A program made the translations under genes and the position numbers. From the NCBI GenBank assembly GCA_951406725.2, contig OX597815.1, positions 120,032,001-120,096,000 on the forward strand: a stretch of 64,000 bases of DNA, read 5' to 3'. Below the pieces are notes generated by a model that searched no databases, was not told the DNA's origin, and worked only from the letters and a program-made list of their open reading frames with translations. The stretch is from Octopus vulgaris (Eukaryota). Numbering within the stretch: position 1 is the stretch's first letter; every line of letters starts with the position of its first letter. Below, piece after piece: positions 36,886 to 49,944 of this stretch.

Positions 36886-37829
36886 TATATGAGTGTACGT
36901 ATATATGTTTATGTGTGTGTATAGGCCCAGAACAAGTTGAAACGTGTTGTACCCAATAACGTTTATTACACATTCCATCACCTGTTTTATTATTACTGTA
37001 ACCCCAACCACCACTACAAAGTCCCTGCAGTAATCTACGGATAACAACAGGTAATCAAAACTGTGGCGGTGCTTTACTCATCATCCATTTATACATTTTG
37101 TACACTTTCTCCATTATATATATATATATATCTTTATATATATATATACACATACATGTGTATTTATGTGTGTGTGTATGTGTGTGCATATGTGTGTTTT
37201 TGTGTTTGTGTGTGTGCATGTGTATGTGTGTGCGTGTGTGTCTGCATGTGTATGTGTGTGTGTGTGTGCTTGTGTGTGTGTATGTAATATCAAGTAACCC
37301 CAAATATTTCCAAATCATTTCTGAGATTATAGAATTAGAGCATCACGTCGTCATCATCATCATCATTGTTATTGTCATTGCCATCCTTATCATCATCATT
37401 ATAATCATCATTGTTATCATCATCATCATCGCTGTCATTGTTATCATCATCATCATTGCTGTTATTGTTATCATCATCATCACCATTATTGACATTATCA
37501 TCATCACACTTTTGACATCATTTTCTTCATGCTAGCATGAAATTGTTGAGAAATTTTTGAGACAATGTTTTACAGCTGGATGCCCACCTTCATGCTAACC
37601 CATTCAGTTGCCTTTTCTGACACAAAGTTATCAGCTGGAGGACCTCTGCTAAACAACCGGATATGAAGATTCAGTACAATGAATATTCATTTATTGACTT
37701 TGCTGCTCATCCATAAAAAACATAAAGTCAAAAGTGAAATGCCATAAAATTTAATCATTTGTCTATCATAATTCTCAAATCATCATCATTTAAAGTCTGT
37801 ATGCATTGGGTGATATGATATGCGTGAGA

Positions 37830-38207
37830 AGACCTGTTTAGTCAAGTAAAACCAAAATTGTAGCTGTGGCCAGTGCCCCCTGACTGGCTCCTATGCCGGT
37901 GGTAAGTAAAAGACACCATCTGAATGTGGCTGATGCCTGTGGTCCCTGACTGGCTCCCATGCCAATGACACGTAAAAGTCACTAACCTAACGTGATTGAT
38001 GCCAGGCCCCTGTGCTGGTGGCACATAAAAAGCACCCACTACACTCTCGAAGAGGATGGCATCAGGAAATGCATCCAGCTGTAGAAACATTGCCAGATCA
38101 GATTGGAGGCTGGTGTAGCCTTCTGGCTTGCCAGTCCTCAGTCAAACTATCCAACCCATTCCAGCATGGAAAGTGGGCATTAAACGATGATGATGATAAT
38201 GATGATG
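37830..38207 (+). mobile_element. RTE-tail repeat
   Basis: Tandem GGTGG/CACGTAAAAG units, GCATCCAGCTGTAGAAAC, (GAT)n tail. Confidence 0.8.
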
Positions 38208-39244
38208 TTCCATTGTGGCATGAGTTTGATAATTCAACAGGATCCAATGAGTCTGAGCACTATATCATGCTTCATTGTCTGCTTTGGTATCTTTTCTGTG
38301 GTTGGATGTCCTTCGTAATGCCAACCACTTTGTGTGTACTAGGTGCATATTTTTTGTACCATCAGCACTACTGAGGTTGTCATACAGCTCACAGAACTGT
38401 GGGAATTAGTTTTTTATTAGGGGGACAATATGGTTAAAGTATGAGAGAAAGGTAGAGAGTATTGAATAATTAGGGATTCATCATGTCTTACCTGAGTTTT
38501 CCAAAGAAGATATAGGTAAAAATTTCACCAGCATGTTAGCTTTAGAAACAAAAATATAAGAATGGATATAAGTGAACCAATGTTACAATTAGATTTGTTG
38601 TAGAGATCTGATAAATTACAATTACAATACTCATACATAGCGTTCTGTTTGATTTTGTTTAATTTTGTGACAGAGATGTTAGTTTGGCTGAGAAAATGCT
38701 TTGCAATATTTGTTACAGTACTTTAAGCTCTGAGTTCAAATCTTGTTATGGTCAGTCATGTAAATCTATGACCTGGGGCCAAATGTGTAATTTTAACCAA
38801 AATGGTTTGCAATTTCCAGTCATTTCCTTGTGATGCTGGTTAAATAACTGGGATGTTAAACTACTGAATAACCAACAGAGAGAGTGGATTGGGATAATCA
38901 TATTGTGTCATTAGTATTGCATTATGTTTATGATCAAGGCATTTAACTTTTAAATGATCTAGCTCAACTAATTGGAAACAGGCACTGCAGGTTAGGAGCA
39001 TCTTGACAATGTAAGTAGCAACAAGTATTTTAATTACTATAAAAATAACAAATGGTGTTCAGCTCCTAATGTAGCTCTGCAGAAACAACTCCACTGCTCA
39101 GACCAGAAATGGTCAGTTGTCTCAGACTTACTTTGGAAACTTTGCTAAAGTGTTAAAATCCTCATGCAAAAACATCTCATAACTATATGGAATATGGAAA
39201 TCTTTCTTGATTTATTTACTACCATCAGTTCATTGTTCATTTAT

Positions 39245-39570
39245 AAACATAAATTCCAGAGATGTACTTGCATAGCAAGTGACCTGATCTGAGATCGTGT
39301 GCTTGAACGAAAACAGCATGGAAGGTGTTTATAAGCCATTTACAAACATACAAAAACTATCAGATTCACTCCAGCATTTAAATTTAATTTGCCAAAATAT
39401 TTTCACTGCTTTGAGACCACAATCTGTTCACTGACAAAAACCCTGTGCTGCATTTTGTCAGTGAACAGGTTGCGGTCTCAAAGAGACGAAAATATTTTGG
39501 CAAATTAAATTTAAATGTTGAAGTGAATCTAATGGCTTATAAACATCTTCCATGTTGCAAACATAAATTC
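39245..39570. mobile_element. Asymmetric palindromic insertion with a 12-bp TSD
   Basis: AAACATAAATTC at 39245-39256 and 39559-39570; 39315-39439 is inverted at 39453-39557. Confidence 0.8.
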
Positions 39571-39899
39571 ATTTTTTATATAAGGCACTGGTTCATTGCT
39601 TACTTCTGAAATTGTTTACTGTATTTTCTTAGCATAGTATATAGCATAAACATATAGTAAACGTTCAAACATTATTATTGTCTTTCCAAATCCGGATACA
39701 TTTCACATGGAATTTTTTGTCCTCCAAGCTTATCTTGGTATATAAGTCAACTTAACTTTGCGTTTGGCTGTAAATTTTTGTCAGAAAAATTTGACTTTTA
39801 TGCCAGAAAATACTATATTTACTCTCATTGATTTGTTGTTCATTTAAAAACATAAGTTATTTGTTCATTTGTGGCACTGTTTACTTCTTGCATTCATTC

Positions 39900-40230
39900 A
39901 TTGCTTATTTACTCCAACTTCTTCATTGTTCGTTTATCAACATGAGTTCATCGTTTATATATATAGTATTGGTTCACTGGTTATTTTTATAGATAGTTGA
40001 GCATTTATCTTACCATTGATTCAATGTTTATTGATTCCACTCTGATGATATTTCTTATTTATACCATTGGTTCATTGTTTATTCATATGATTAGTTCATT
40101 CTTTATTTATAATATTGATTCAATATCTATTTACTTTATTGTTTCACATTTATTTACACAATTCATTTATTATTTACATAAACGGTTCATTGCTTATTTA
40201 TGCCATTAGTTCAATATTTATCTACGAGTT
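39900..40230 (+). repeat. Degenerate short-period tandem repeat (GGTTCATTGTTTATTT-like, about 24-nt unit)
   Basis: Recurring (G)TTCA(T/A)TG(T/C)TTATT motifs at regular spacing. Confidence 0.5.
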
Positions 40231-40708
40231 GCTTTTGTGTATTCTCTTCCCTCACTGCTCCATTACTAATTTATTTCAATTTTTTATTCAATCAATTAAT
40301 TATATATATTTTCTTTTAAAAAATCAATTTCTTTCATTATTGCTTGCTTTATTATACACCTTATTGATTTTTATCATTCGCTATATTTCTTTTTCATGTT
40401 TGTATTGATAATTTTATTGCTTATTTTTAATAATAGTTTTATTGGTTTATCTTAATCATATATGATTTATAGCTTACCTCATTAGTTGTTTTATGGGTAA
40501 TTTTATGTGAAAATTATTTAACTAATTTATAATTTATTGCTTACTTTATGCGGTTTATTCCATTTATTTACTCTCCTCTTTAGTATTCACCTGATATGAT
40601 TTTTTTTTGCTTATTTGTTATTTTATCCAACATTTTTCAACACATGCCACTTTTAATTCACTTGATATCTCAACTTTTTACCACAATACACATACACACA
40701 TACATTCA

Positions 40709-40809
<101 letters not shown>

Positions 40810-40852
40810 CTCCTTCTCTCTCTCCCTCTCTTTATATTTATATATATATATA

Positions 40853-41020
40853 GGGAGAATTCACAAAAACAAAACAAAAGACAAAGACAGGTGGTGTAGA
40901 CAACAAACAGATGTATTAGTATAATGCTCAGGAAGTGAAAAAGTCTTTTATACGTTTCGAGCCTATGCTCTTCCACAGAAAGGAACATTGAAAGAAATGA
41001 GAGAAAATAAAGAATGTGCA
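40853..41020 (-). mobile_element. Family B short element with a minimal HHR (40945-40982, core mutated)
   Basis: CTTT-CTGTGGA-A-GAGC-atag-GCTC-GAAA-CG-TA-TAAAAG; embedded in (TA)n. Confidence 0.65.
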
Positions 41021-41053
<33 letters not shown>

Positions 41054-42092
41054 ACTTGCCATCTAGGTAGGCAGTACCTACCTTGAATAAAATAAATCGA
41101 TAGCAACATTTTCCTTTTATGGCAAAATATTCACCTAATTCAATAAAATTATGAAGGTTACTCCGATTATTATGCATAAAATGCAAAATGTTATATTTTT
41201 TGTAGATTTGGGAGGCAAAATTCACCCCTCCTTTCAATCTCAGTGTTAAAGCTACACATAGAACTGCTGTAATACACATGCTGCATACATTCCTACAACA
41301 ACGTTTTCTTTATGTGCTATAAAGGCAGAAGTAAATCTGTCTTCAACTCAGTCATGCAGTCGTGCTTCACTTATTTTTTGTGTGTTTTACTACATAAATG
41401 TCACCAACTGCCTACCCTGAGTAATTAATGATGGCATGTGCCTGACGTGTAGTGTAATATATGGAACCATAGAGTCCTGTGACTATTGCAGAAAGCTGCT
41501 CTAGTGAACTCGGCTAGCAGACCACATAGTAATCTAATATAGAGAGTTCTCTGTAGCTGAAATCCAGGAGATTCAATCAATGAAATTATTTCCTGAGGAA
41601 TATATAAACCATAAAAAGTCAGGAGGTATGAGAGGTGAATGTATTTATTTAACCACTTACCATCCTTGAGAAGACGGCTGTTTTACAGCCTTTATCATAT
41701 AATAATAATTTCAGTATACAAGGTACATTCCAAAAAAGTATCCATCTTTATTTTTTCCCTCCAAAATTAATTGTGTGGGCAAAATCCTTTTCATAGGAGG
41801 TAATGCCACTCTTTCTGCCCATGCATGAAAATTTTCATACCGGTAGGCTGCATCAGTTCTTGGCTGTTATGCCTAGAGTACATGATTAGCTTTTCATTTG
41901 GTGTTTCAATGAGCAAAACTCAAAGGAATAACATATCTTACCTGAAAAAAAAGTAAGGGCTGCCATCAGGAAAGGGACATTCAGCTGTGGAATAGTATTT
42001 TAAGTGTCCTCCAACCATATAAGGGTGGAAAAGCTGGTCATAAAAAGAAAGATGATTATGATGGTGAAAATGATGATGATACTGATGATGAC

Positions 42093-42128
<36 letters not shown>

Positions 42129-42174
42129 GATGATGACAGTAATGATGACGATGACGATGACGATGATGATATTC

Positions 42175-42380
42175 TTTTCTACTCTAGGTACAAGGCCCAA
42201 ATTTTTGGGGGAGGGGGCCAGTTAATTAGATTGACACCAGTATGCAACTGGTACTTAATTTATTGACCCTGAAAGGATGACAGGCAAAGTCAACGTCAGC
42301 AGAATTTGAACTTAGAACGTAAAGACAGACAAAATACTGCTGAGCATTTCTCTCAGAGTGCTAACGTTTCTGCCAGACAG
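42175..42380 (-). mobile_element. SINE family 2
   Basis: Central domain and head as in 28147-28373. Confidence 0.8.
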
Positions 42381-43404
42381 CGATGATAATGATGATGACA
42401 ATAATGATGATGATAATAATGAAAACAATGATGATGATGATGATGTTGATGATGATGATGACGATGATGAGAAGGATGGTAATGATGAGGAGGATGGCAA
42501 TGATGAGGAGGATGGCAATGATAAGGAGGATGGCAATGATGACAATGATGATGACGATGCAAAAATCCTGAAAAAAATAATAACTAATTTATTACACATT
42601 TAAAAATGCTCGTTTCATACATTTATTTTCATTATTATACTCAACATTGTAATGTATTCCTTCCCTCCACACACACACACACACATATACACTCACACAT
42701 ATGCACACACACTGTCGTAAATTATCATATTCAAACATTTTAATATTTTCCTGTGCAAATTTATGGTGGTTTGAAGGATTCAGTTATTTATATCTGTACA
42801 TATATAACACTTTTGTTTTTGTCAGTTTATGCCAGGTATTCCAACAGATTTGGCTCCTAGGTTATAATGATTCACCAACCAGAAACATGAAATTGATGTG
42901 ATGCTGAAGAGAAGAATAAAAGCAAAAAAGTGAAAAAAGAGAAGAAAAAAAAAGCAAATATTAGTATAACCAAACACAGTAGTTCCTGCTCTTGAGATCT
43001 TTGCTAGTAAAAATGATAGTGATGATTAGCATTCTATGAAATGGATTAACAATACACGCTACACTTAGAAATCTTCAATAACTTTCTTATTGTACATATA
43101 TAGAAATATCAGCTTGCTACTTCATCAGATGACTAAATAATATTTTGTTTCTTTTACTCAGTGATATTTTGAAATTACAAATATCAATAGTAGTATTGAT
43201 GTTTATTTGGATATTTAAAAAAAAAAAAATCAATCGTTATTGTAGATGCAAAATTGTGTAGTGGTAGTCATAGAAAGTAGATATGGAAAACAATGTGTGT
43301 TAACATTGTAAATTAAGTGGATTTAAATAACATCTTATAAAATAACTGTAAGTACAAAACCATAGGAGTACAAAGTACACTTGCGAGAGAATATGACTTG
43401 CTAG

Positions 43405-43597
43405 TACTCTTTTATTCATTTGATTGCGGCCATGGTGGAGTACCACCTTTAGTTGAGCATATCAACCCCAGGAGTTATTCTTTGTAAGCCTAGTACTTAT
43501 TCTATCAGTCTCTTTTGCCGAACCGCTAGATTATGGGAACGTAAACACACCAGCATAAGTTATCAAGCAATGTTGGAGGGACAACACACAAACACAT

Positions 43598-43636
<39 letters not shown>

Positions 43637-43662
43637 TAATGTGATCAAGTGACCAACCAGAC

Positions 43663-43693
<31 letters not shown>

Positions 43694-43850
43694 GGCTTCT
43701 TTCAGTTTCCGTCTACCAAATCCACTTATAAGGCTTTGGTCGGCCTGAGGCTATAGCAGAAGACACTTGCCCAAGGTGTTACACAGTGGGACTGAACCTG
43801 GAACGATGTTGTTGGGGAGCAAGCTTCTTACTACATAGCTACTCCTGTGA
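43405..43850 (-). mobile_element. SINE family 1
   Basis: Head, body and expanded internal (TA)n. Confidence 0.85.
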
Positions 43851-43989
43851 TATTAATAAAGTACATTCTTTCTATGCTGCACCCCTGAAATACCATCTTG
43901 TACACCCTGCTTGGGACCTCTGAGTGAGAAGAATAGCATACATTTTATTAGGGTTTTTTTTAATGTTGCCAAATCTGAAATAAGCATGA

Positions 43990-44520
43990 ATGAATTGAAG
44001 GATCTTCAAACGTTGGGCCTCACTGAGGAGATGACAAAGGACCAAGACTTCTAGTAATTTGCTGTGCTTGAGAAGACATGTTATACTCAGTAAAATCACA
44101 ACCATCCACACTTACAGGCATGCCTTTTGCGTCCATGCCCTCCACTCCTTCTCTCAGCTGAGGGTCCTTGTCTTGAGAACTTGGGGTGCTGGTACCATGT
44201 AAAAAGCACCTGTTTTGATGTCATGTGAAAAGCACTCATGCAGGGGCCATATAAAAGCACCGATGCTGATGCCAAGTATGAAGAATGTTTGCCAGTGCTG
44301 TATATAAAGCACCTGTGTTGGTGGTGTGTAATAGCACTGGTGCTGGTGCTACATGAAAAGCACCTATGTAAAGTTGTTGGTGTTACAAAGGGCATCCAGC
44401 CATAGAAACCATGACAAGACAAACAATTGGATCCTGGTGCAGCTTTCTGACTAGCCAGCTCCTGTCAAATCATCCAACTATGCCAGCACAGAAAAAAGGC
44501 GTTAAATGTTGATGATGATT
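43990..44520 (+). mobile_element. RTE 3' end / tail repeat, decayed
   Basis: GATCTTCAAACGTTGGGCCTCACTGAGG (ORF end), AAAAGCACC units, GGGCATCCAGCC. Confidence 0.7.
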
Positions 44521-44569
44521 TTATTTCTGACTTTATAATTCCTAATAATAATAATAATAATAATAATAA

Positions 44570-44885
44570 TCCTTTCTATTATAGGCACAAGGCCTGAAAT
44601 TTTGAGGGGAGGGGACTGGTCGATTTCATTGAACCCAGTGTTTCACTGGTACTTAATTAATTGACCCTGAAAAGATGAAAGGCAAAGTCGACCTTGGCAG
44701 AACTTGAACTCAGAACATACCGATGGGTGAAATACCACTAAGCATTTTATCCGGCGTGCTAACAATTCTACCTGTTCACCACCTTAAAGGAAAAAGTCAA
44801 CTTGAATTCAGAAAGTAAAGACAGACGAAATGCCGCTAAGCATTTGGCCCCACATGCTAATGATCTTGCCAGCTCACCACCTTAT
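44570..44885 (-). mobile_element. SINE family 2 copy plus a second head, (TAA)n tail
   Basis: GAAAGGCAAAGTCGACC domain and two heads. Confidence 0.8.
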
Positions 44886-45948
44886 AATTATGATAATAAA
44901 AATGTTATAGCAGCTATTTACATGCAGTATTTTTAAAATAAGTTTGATTAATGCTGTTAAATAGATAAATCAAATATTTGATTGGTGTATTTTTATGTTA
45001 TTTTTACCAGACATTAATTCTGATCATCTAATTTCTATCAATAATAAAGCAGTTACTGCGACTATTTAGAGTGTTTTTAAATAAGTTTGATATTAATGCC
45101 ATTACATAGATAAATCAAATAATTGATTGGTAATATTATAAACTACATTAACCTATTATAATGTCCTCACATCAATCCATCATATTAATTATTAATACGT
45201 CAAACGACTATTGCAGTTAAGGTATGATGATATCATACTGAATAGTGATATTGTTATTACATGAATTACACTGTTGTTGCTGAGAATAATGATACTGCCA
45301 TTGCATAAAAATAAATTATTTTATTTAATTTATCATACAGAGATGTCATGATATGTATTTCATCTACTGTTCTGTTCTTGCTTCTTTAAGTTAAGCTTCT
45401 TAGGCTGTTACATCTTTACCTAGGATTTCCGAGAAAGGTACAGCCTGCTGTCAACTCTTGGGAACGTGATTTATTTAAAATAAATACTACTGAAGCTTAT
45501 GCTGTTCCATTTTAGTTTTCTGTTACAGCATCATACAGAGGTGCAGGTATGGCTAAGTGGTCGGAAAGTTCACTTTGAAATCACATGGTTTCGGATTTGG
45601 TTCCAATCTGTGGCACTGAAGAAAAGTGTCGCATACTATTGTTCAGTACTGTAGAAGAGAACGGGTGCCTTATACAACATAAGTTTGGTCATTTCATATC
45701 ATGATGTTCATATGCCTATCATTTCAAGTAATTAAAGATTGTACTTCCACTGTACGATTAATGTCAGCTCATTTTTCTGTTTCAAGTGCTTTGGTTTGCC
45801 GCCAGGTTCAGTTCCACTAAGTGATACCTTGAGCAAGTCTTTTCTACTATAGCCTCAGATTGACCAATAATCTTGTGAGTGAATTTCACTAATTGTCAAG
45901 TAGTGGTGGGGGACAAGAAACAGACACAAAGCTATAGCCATACATACA

Positions 45949-45983
<35 letters not shown>

Positions 45984-46041
45984 CATCATCCTCATCGTTT
46001 GACGTCTGTTTTCCATGCTAGCATGGGTTGGACATATATAT

Positions 46042-46445
46042 ACAACTTATAAACAAGGGCAAAAGAAAAAAATTCTAATGCCAAATATGCCGAAAATAGA
46101 CTTAAATCGTCAATAACCATATAAATCATCACTATAAGCACACATCTTGAAGTAAGCCGACAGAAATTTCTAAAAAAAATACCATTATTATCGTATCGGC
46201 CCCGATTTCAGAGTTAATTTTTTTAGAAATTTCTGTCGGCTTACTTTGAGACGCGTGCTTATAGTGATAAATTATATGGTTATTGACAATTTAAGTCTAT
46301 TTTCAGCATATTTGGCATTAGAAATTTTTCTTTTGCCCTTGTTTATAAGTTGTTTATAAATTTAACCTGTAAAGGTATTTTTTAATATGATGGCCATTGA
46401 TAGAATTTTTTTCGAAAAATTTTATCCTATATTAGATGTAAATAT
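46042..46445. repeat. Long inverted repeat (arms about 138 bp, spacer about 35 bp) with an extended right arm
   Basis: 46042-46180 is inverted at 46215-46353. Confidence 0.85.
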
Positions 46446-46665
46446 CTCTTTTTACTCTTTACGCTTTTACTTGTTTCAGTCATTTGACTGCAGCCATGCT
46501 GGAGCACCACCTTTAGTCGAGCAAATCGACCCCGGGACTTATTCTTTGTAAGCCCAGTACTTATTCTATCGGTCTCTTTTGCCGAACCGCTAAGTGACGG
46601 GGATGTAAACACACCAGCATCGGTTTCAAGCAATGCTAGGGGGACAAACACAGACACACAAACAC

Positions 46666-46698
<33 letters not shown>

Positions 46699-46867
46699 CA
46701 TATATACAACAGGCTTCTTTCAGTTTCCGTCTACCAAATCCACTCAAAAGGCATTAGTCGGCCCGGGGCTATAGCAGAAGACACTTGCCCAAGATGCCAC
46801 GCAGTGGGACTGAACCCAGAACCATGTGGTTAGTTAGCAAGCTATTTACCACACAACCACTCCTGCG

Positions 46868-46870
<3 letters not shown>
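46446..46870 (-). mobile_element. SINE family 1, full-length
   Basis: Matches 13850-14258. Confidence 0.9.
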
Positions 46871-46909
<39 letters not shown>

Positions 46910-47245
46910 ATCCAAGCATGAACAAAGAGAAAACACAACAACGCGAGGACGTGGAACAAGTATATATATATATATATATATATGACAGACTTCTTTCAGC
47001 CCAGTTGATAGACCTTGTGGGTTGGTATCTCTTGTCTCAAATCAAGAAAAGCTTTCCAAACGTTTCCGGTGGGCCCTATACACTCTTGGTAGTAAATGGT
47101 TTATCTAAACCAGAGACTGGGCAAATTAAGTCATAAGAAAATTTCCTTTGAATTTCTTTAATCTCAATATTGTATTTGAAACAGAAACAAAAATTGCCAA
47201 CTTTTTAGATGTCATACTTAATTTAAACACTAAGTTATATTACCC

Positions 47246-47850
47246 GGATCTTTTCCTTTTGAATGACAGTTTGTAACAATTTCTAGGTAACTAAAAAATT
47301 TTAAACTTCGTATGCTGGTAGAATGTGTTTATAAAACATCATTTTCTTTTGGCTTTATTGAGAAAATTCTATAGGTTGTAACATATTTCATCTAAAATTT
47401 CTTGCATTTTGGCAATTTTAACCAATCAATTACCTCCATTGACGTAAATAACATTCTGTGCATAATGAATATGTCCCTCGTTCAAGAAAAAGATTGGGTT
47501 TATTTACATTTGTGAAGAAAAAAGATACCCTTCCCCCACCCCTAACCTTAACCCTAACCCTAACTAACCCTAAATCTAACCCTAAATCTAAAATAGACTG
47601 AAATGCAATAGATCGATACTAGGGTTATAATTATGGGTGACAATTTCATATGACATCGCTATAAAAAACTTAGCGGTGTCGTGTGAAATTGTCACCCATA
47701 ATTATGACCCTAGTATCGATCTATTGCATTTCAATCTATTTTAGATTTAGGGTTAGTTAGGGTTAGGGTTAGGGTTAGGGGTGGGGAAGGGTATCTTTTT
47801 TTCTTCACAAATGTAAATAAACCCAATCTGTTTCTTAAACGAGGGACATA
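47246..47850. mobile_element. Non-autonomous element with telomere-type (CCCTAA)n blocks and a ~190-bp inverted duplication
   Basis: 47470-47661 is inverted at 47671-47850 around a 9-nt spacer; CCCTAA units at 47540-47590 and TTAGGG units at 47745-47782. Confidence 0.8.
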
Positions 47851-48200
47851 TATAAACGTCTCGTCTAATCATTTGAAATTAACCATTGATAGTATTATCA
47901 TGGCTATCTCCATTAGCATATCCAACTTATCAGAAAACAAGGAGATTTTTAACACACAAGCACCAATTTATAAATCATGCCCTAAAATTACACGGCTTTC
48001 ATGACCATATTTTTTACATCCCTGTCACTAAACTCAAAACTAAATTAGCTAATTTAATGCCTCACAGTAATTCTGATATGACTAAAATGATTCCCTCCTC
48101 AACAGGAAAACCTGTTGTTAACCATATTAAATTTTATAATCACAATGCCAGTAATATAAAGCATCAAATTATCTTATACCTGGTAATATAAACACTTTTT

Positions 48201-48286
48201 TCTCTGATGATGAGGGCATTCTATGGAAATGAATCGTAAGATTCATATGTAATTTGCACGAATGTATTCCTGAAACGATCGTTGGA
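48201..48286 (+). ncRNA. Type I hammerhead ribozyme motif in the PLE 3' region
   Basis: TCT-CTGATGA-..GGGCATTC...GAATGTATTCC-T-GAAA-CGATCG-TT-GGA; palindromic stem III; inner ATGAATC/GATTCAT hairpin. Confidence 0.7.
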
Positions 48287-48913
48287 ACACCTTATTTTCC
48301 TCTAACATATTACCCAAAACTCTTTTTAATGCCTATTACTTTCACAATATTATATTTTGAATTTTTAAAAACGTCTTTTTTCTATATTTCATTATTTTTA
48401 TCTATATTCTATTATTATTATGTTTACATATCTATATATCTATATGTCCATGTATATCTTTAATAGTCTATATTTCTATATTTTTATATTTCTTATACAT
48501 CAATATATGTTTCAGATTGGACAATTCTCATTTTATCCTTATGTGTTAATTGTATTCTGCCTGATTTGAACCTTTCTATTGTATCTATTATACATACATA
48601 CATATATATATATATGCATGTGTGTGTATGTGCGTGCGTGTGTGTGTGTGTATTTTAAAAAACTAGTGAGAGATGGCTTTTGGGAGGATAATTTTTATTT
48701 TAATGATATTGTTTCCAGTTACTCTAATGAGTTTCGAGTCTTTCAATAGCCATTTTCAAACTGAAATTGTGTGTAGTTAAGAAGTTTGATTATATAGCAA
48801 CAGACTTTTTCATACAAGTATACAAATAAAAAATAAAAATAGGAGGTAAAAGACAGAAAAAATAAAAAATAAGAAATAAGAATAAAAAATTATTTTTTAT
48901 TTTTTTATTATTC

Positions 48914-48949
<36 letters not shown>

Positions 48950-49851
48950 CTGGTTTAACAACCTTCCATGTTTGTTTTCGTTCAGTTTTCTTGTATGTCT
49001 CCACTGTCCTGTTTTTGTTCCCAACTTTGACCCTCCATAAATCTAAAATTTTATTTTGCAATTTATGGGAGCATCTGTCTTCAAAGACTCATATTGTCAT
49101 TGGATGCTTGAGATGAGAAGTAGATAGACAGCTGACAACTAATGAAGAGTCGTTCTCTGTGTTACTTGTCCTGTTTTCCATTTTTCTCTTGTTGTTTGCG
49201 CATTTAACTTGTTTGTTTTCATACATCATGTTGTTTACACAGTTGGCAATGTCCTGTACCCATATATGCATATATATATCCCATATATCTATATATATGT
49301 CCCTGTCATCTTTTCTCACCCTATTTAATTCTTCGTCCCTCTACTTCTACTTCTCTCTCTTCTCTTCCCACGTGACCAATCGGCCAGCCTGCTCTTTCTT
49401 TCTTGGTCTGACTGTGATCCGTGCAACATCGATATTCTTCCCAGTGTTTGTGAAATTTTTGTATCTCTGTCGTAAGGTTTCATTTCCACATGCGGCAGCT
49501 TAATTCAATTCGTCTTTAGTCAAAAGACACCTGTTATTATTTTTATTGTATTTTTTATTGTATTTATATTTGTGTAACATTGTCCGCTTTTTCCGTCCTT
49601 GTTTTTGTATACATTTGCTGCTTTCTTCCAAGGAATCTTAGCTTAGTTTTTCCCGGGTGGCCAGATTAGAGCAATCTCAAGAATAATCAGCTGAAATTGC
49701 GAGGATAATCTGGTTCTTGACTGAAGATAGAAAACTTCGAATGACCTGCCCTTGTTTTCTTTGTATCGTTTATCTGGATGTTATGTTGTCCTTTTTTGTT
49801 TCACCTAGTTGTCCGGATGTTTTGCATTCTTGTCCCATTTTGTATTTTATA

Positions 49852-49855
<4 letters not shown>
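48950..49855 (+). mobile_element. T-rich non-coding element between (TA)n tracts; same family as 4440-4832
   Basis: The 3' ~250 nt aligns with the reverse complement of 4440-4690. Confidence 0.7.
49670..49730 (+). ncRNA. Second candidate rearranged hammerhead ribozyme
   Basis: AGCAA-TC-TCAAGA-ataa-TCAGCT-GAAA-TTGC-n14-TCTTGA-CTGAAGA-TAG; stems I and III conserved, stem II weak. Confidence 0.5.
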
Positions 49856-49886
<31 letters not shown>

Positions 49887-49901
49887 CATATATATATATT
49901 A

Positions 49902-49944
<43 letters not shown>

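Larger units (their letters stand above)
46995..48470 (+). mobile_element. Penelope-like element RT remnant with a downstream HHR, interrupted by a palindromic insertion
   Basis: AQLIDLVGWYLLSQI..SGGPY, KIANFLDV.LNL, then after the insertion YINVSSNH..ISNLSENKEIF..APIY.HALKLHGF (PLE RT palm/thumb pattern). Confidence 0.8.

Noticed and set aside
47540-47782. Chromosome end or telomere fusion site
   Set aside because: Only a few imperfect units embedded in a dispersed repeat, and the CCCTAA-then-TTAGGG order is opposite to an end-to-end fusion.
48720-48770. Minus-strand TTGAAAA...CTCGAAACTCATT hammerhead-like string
   Set aside because: Core and stems too degenerate to support a call.
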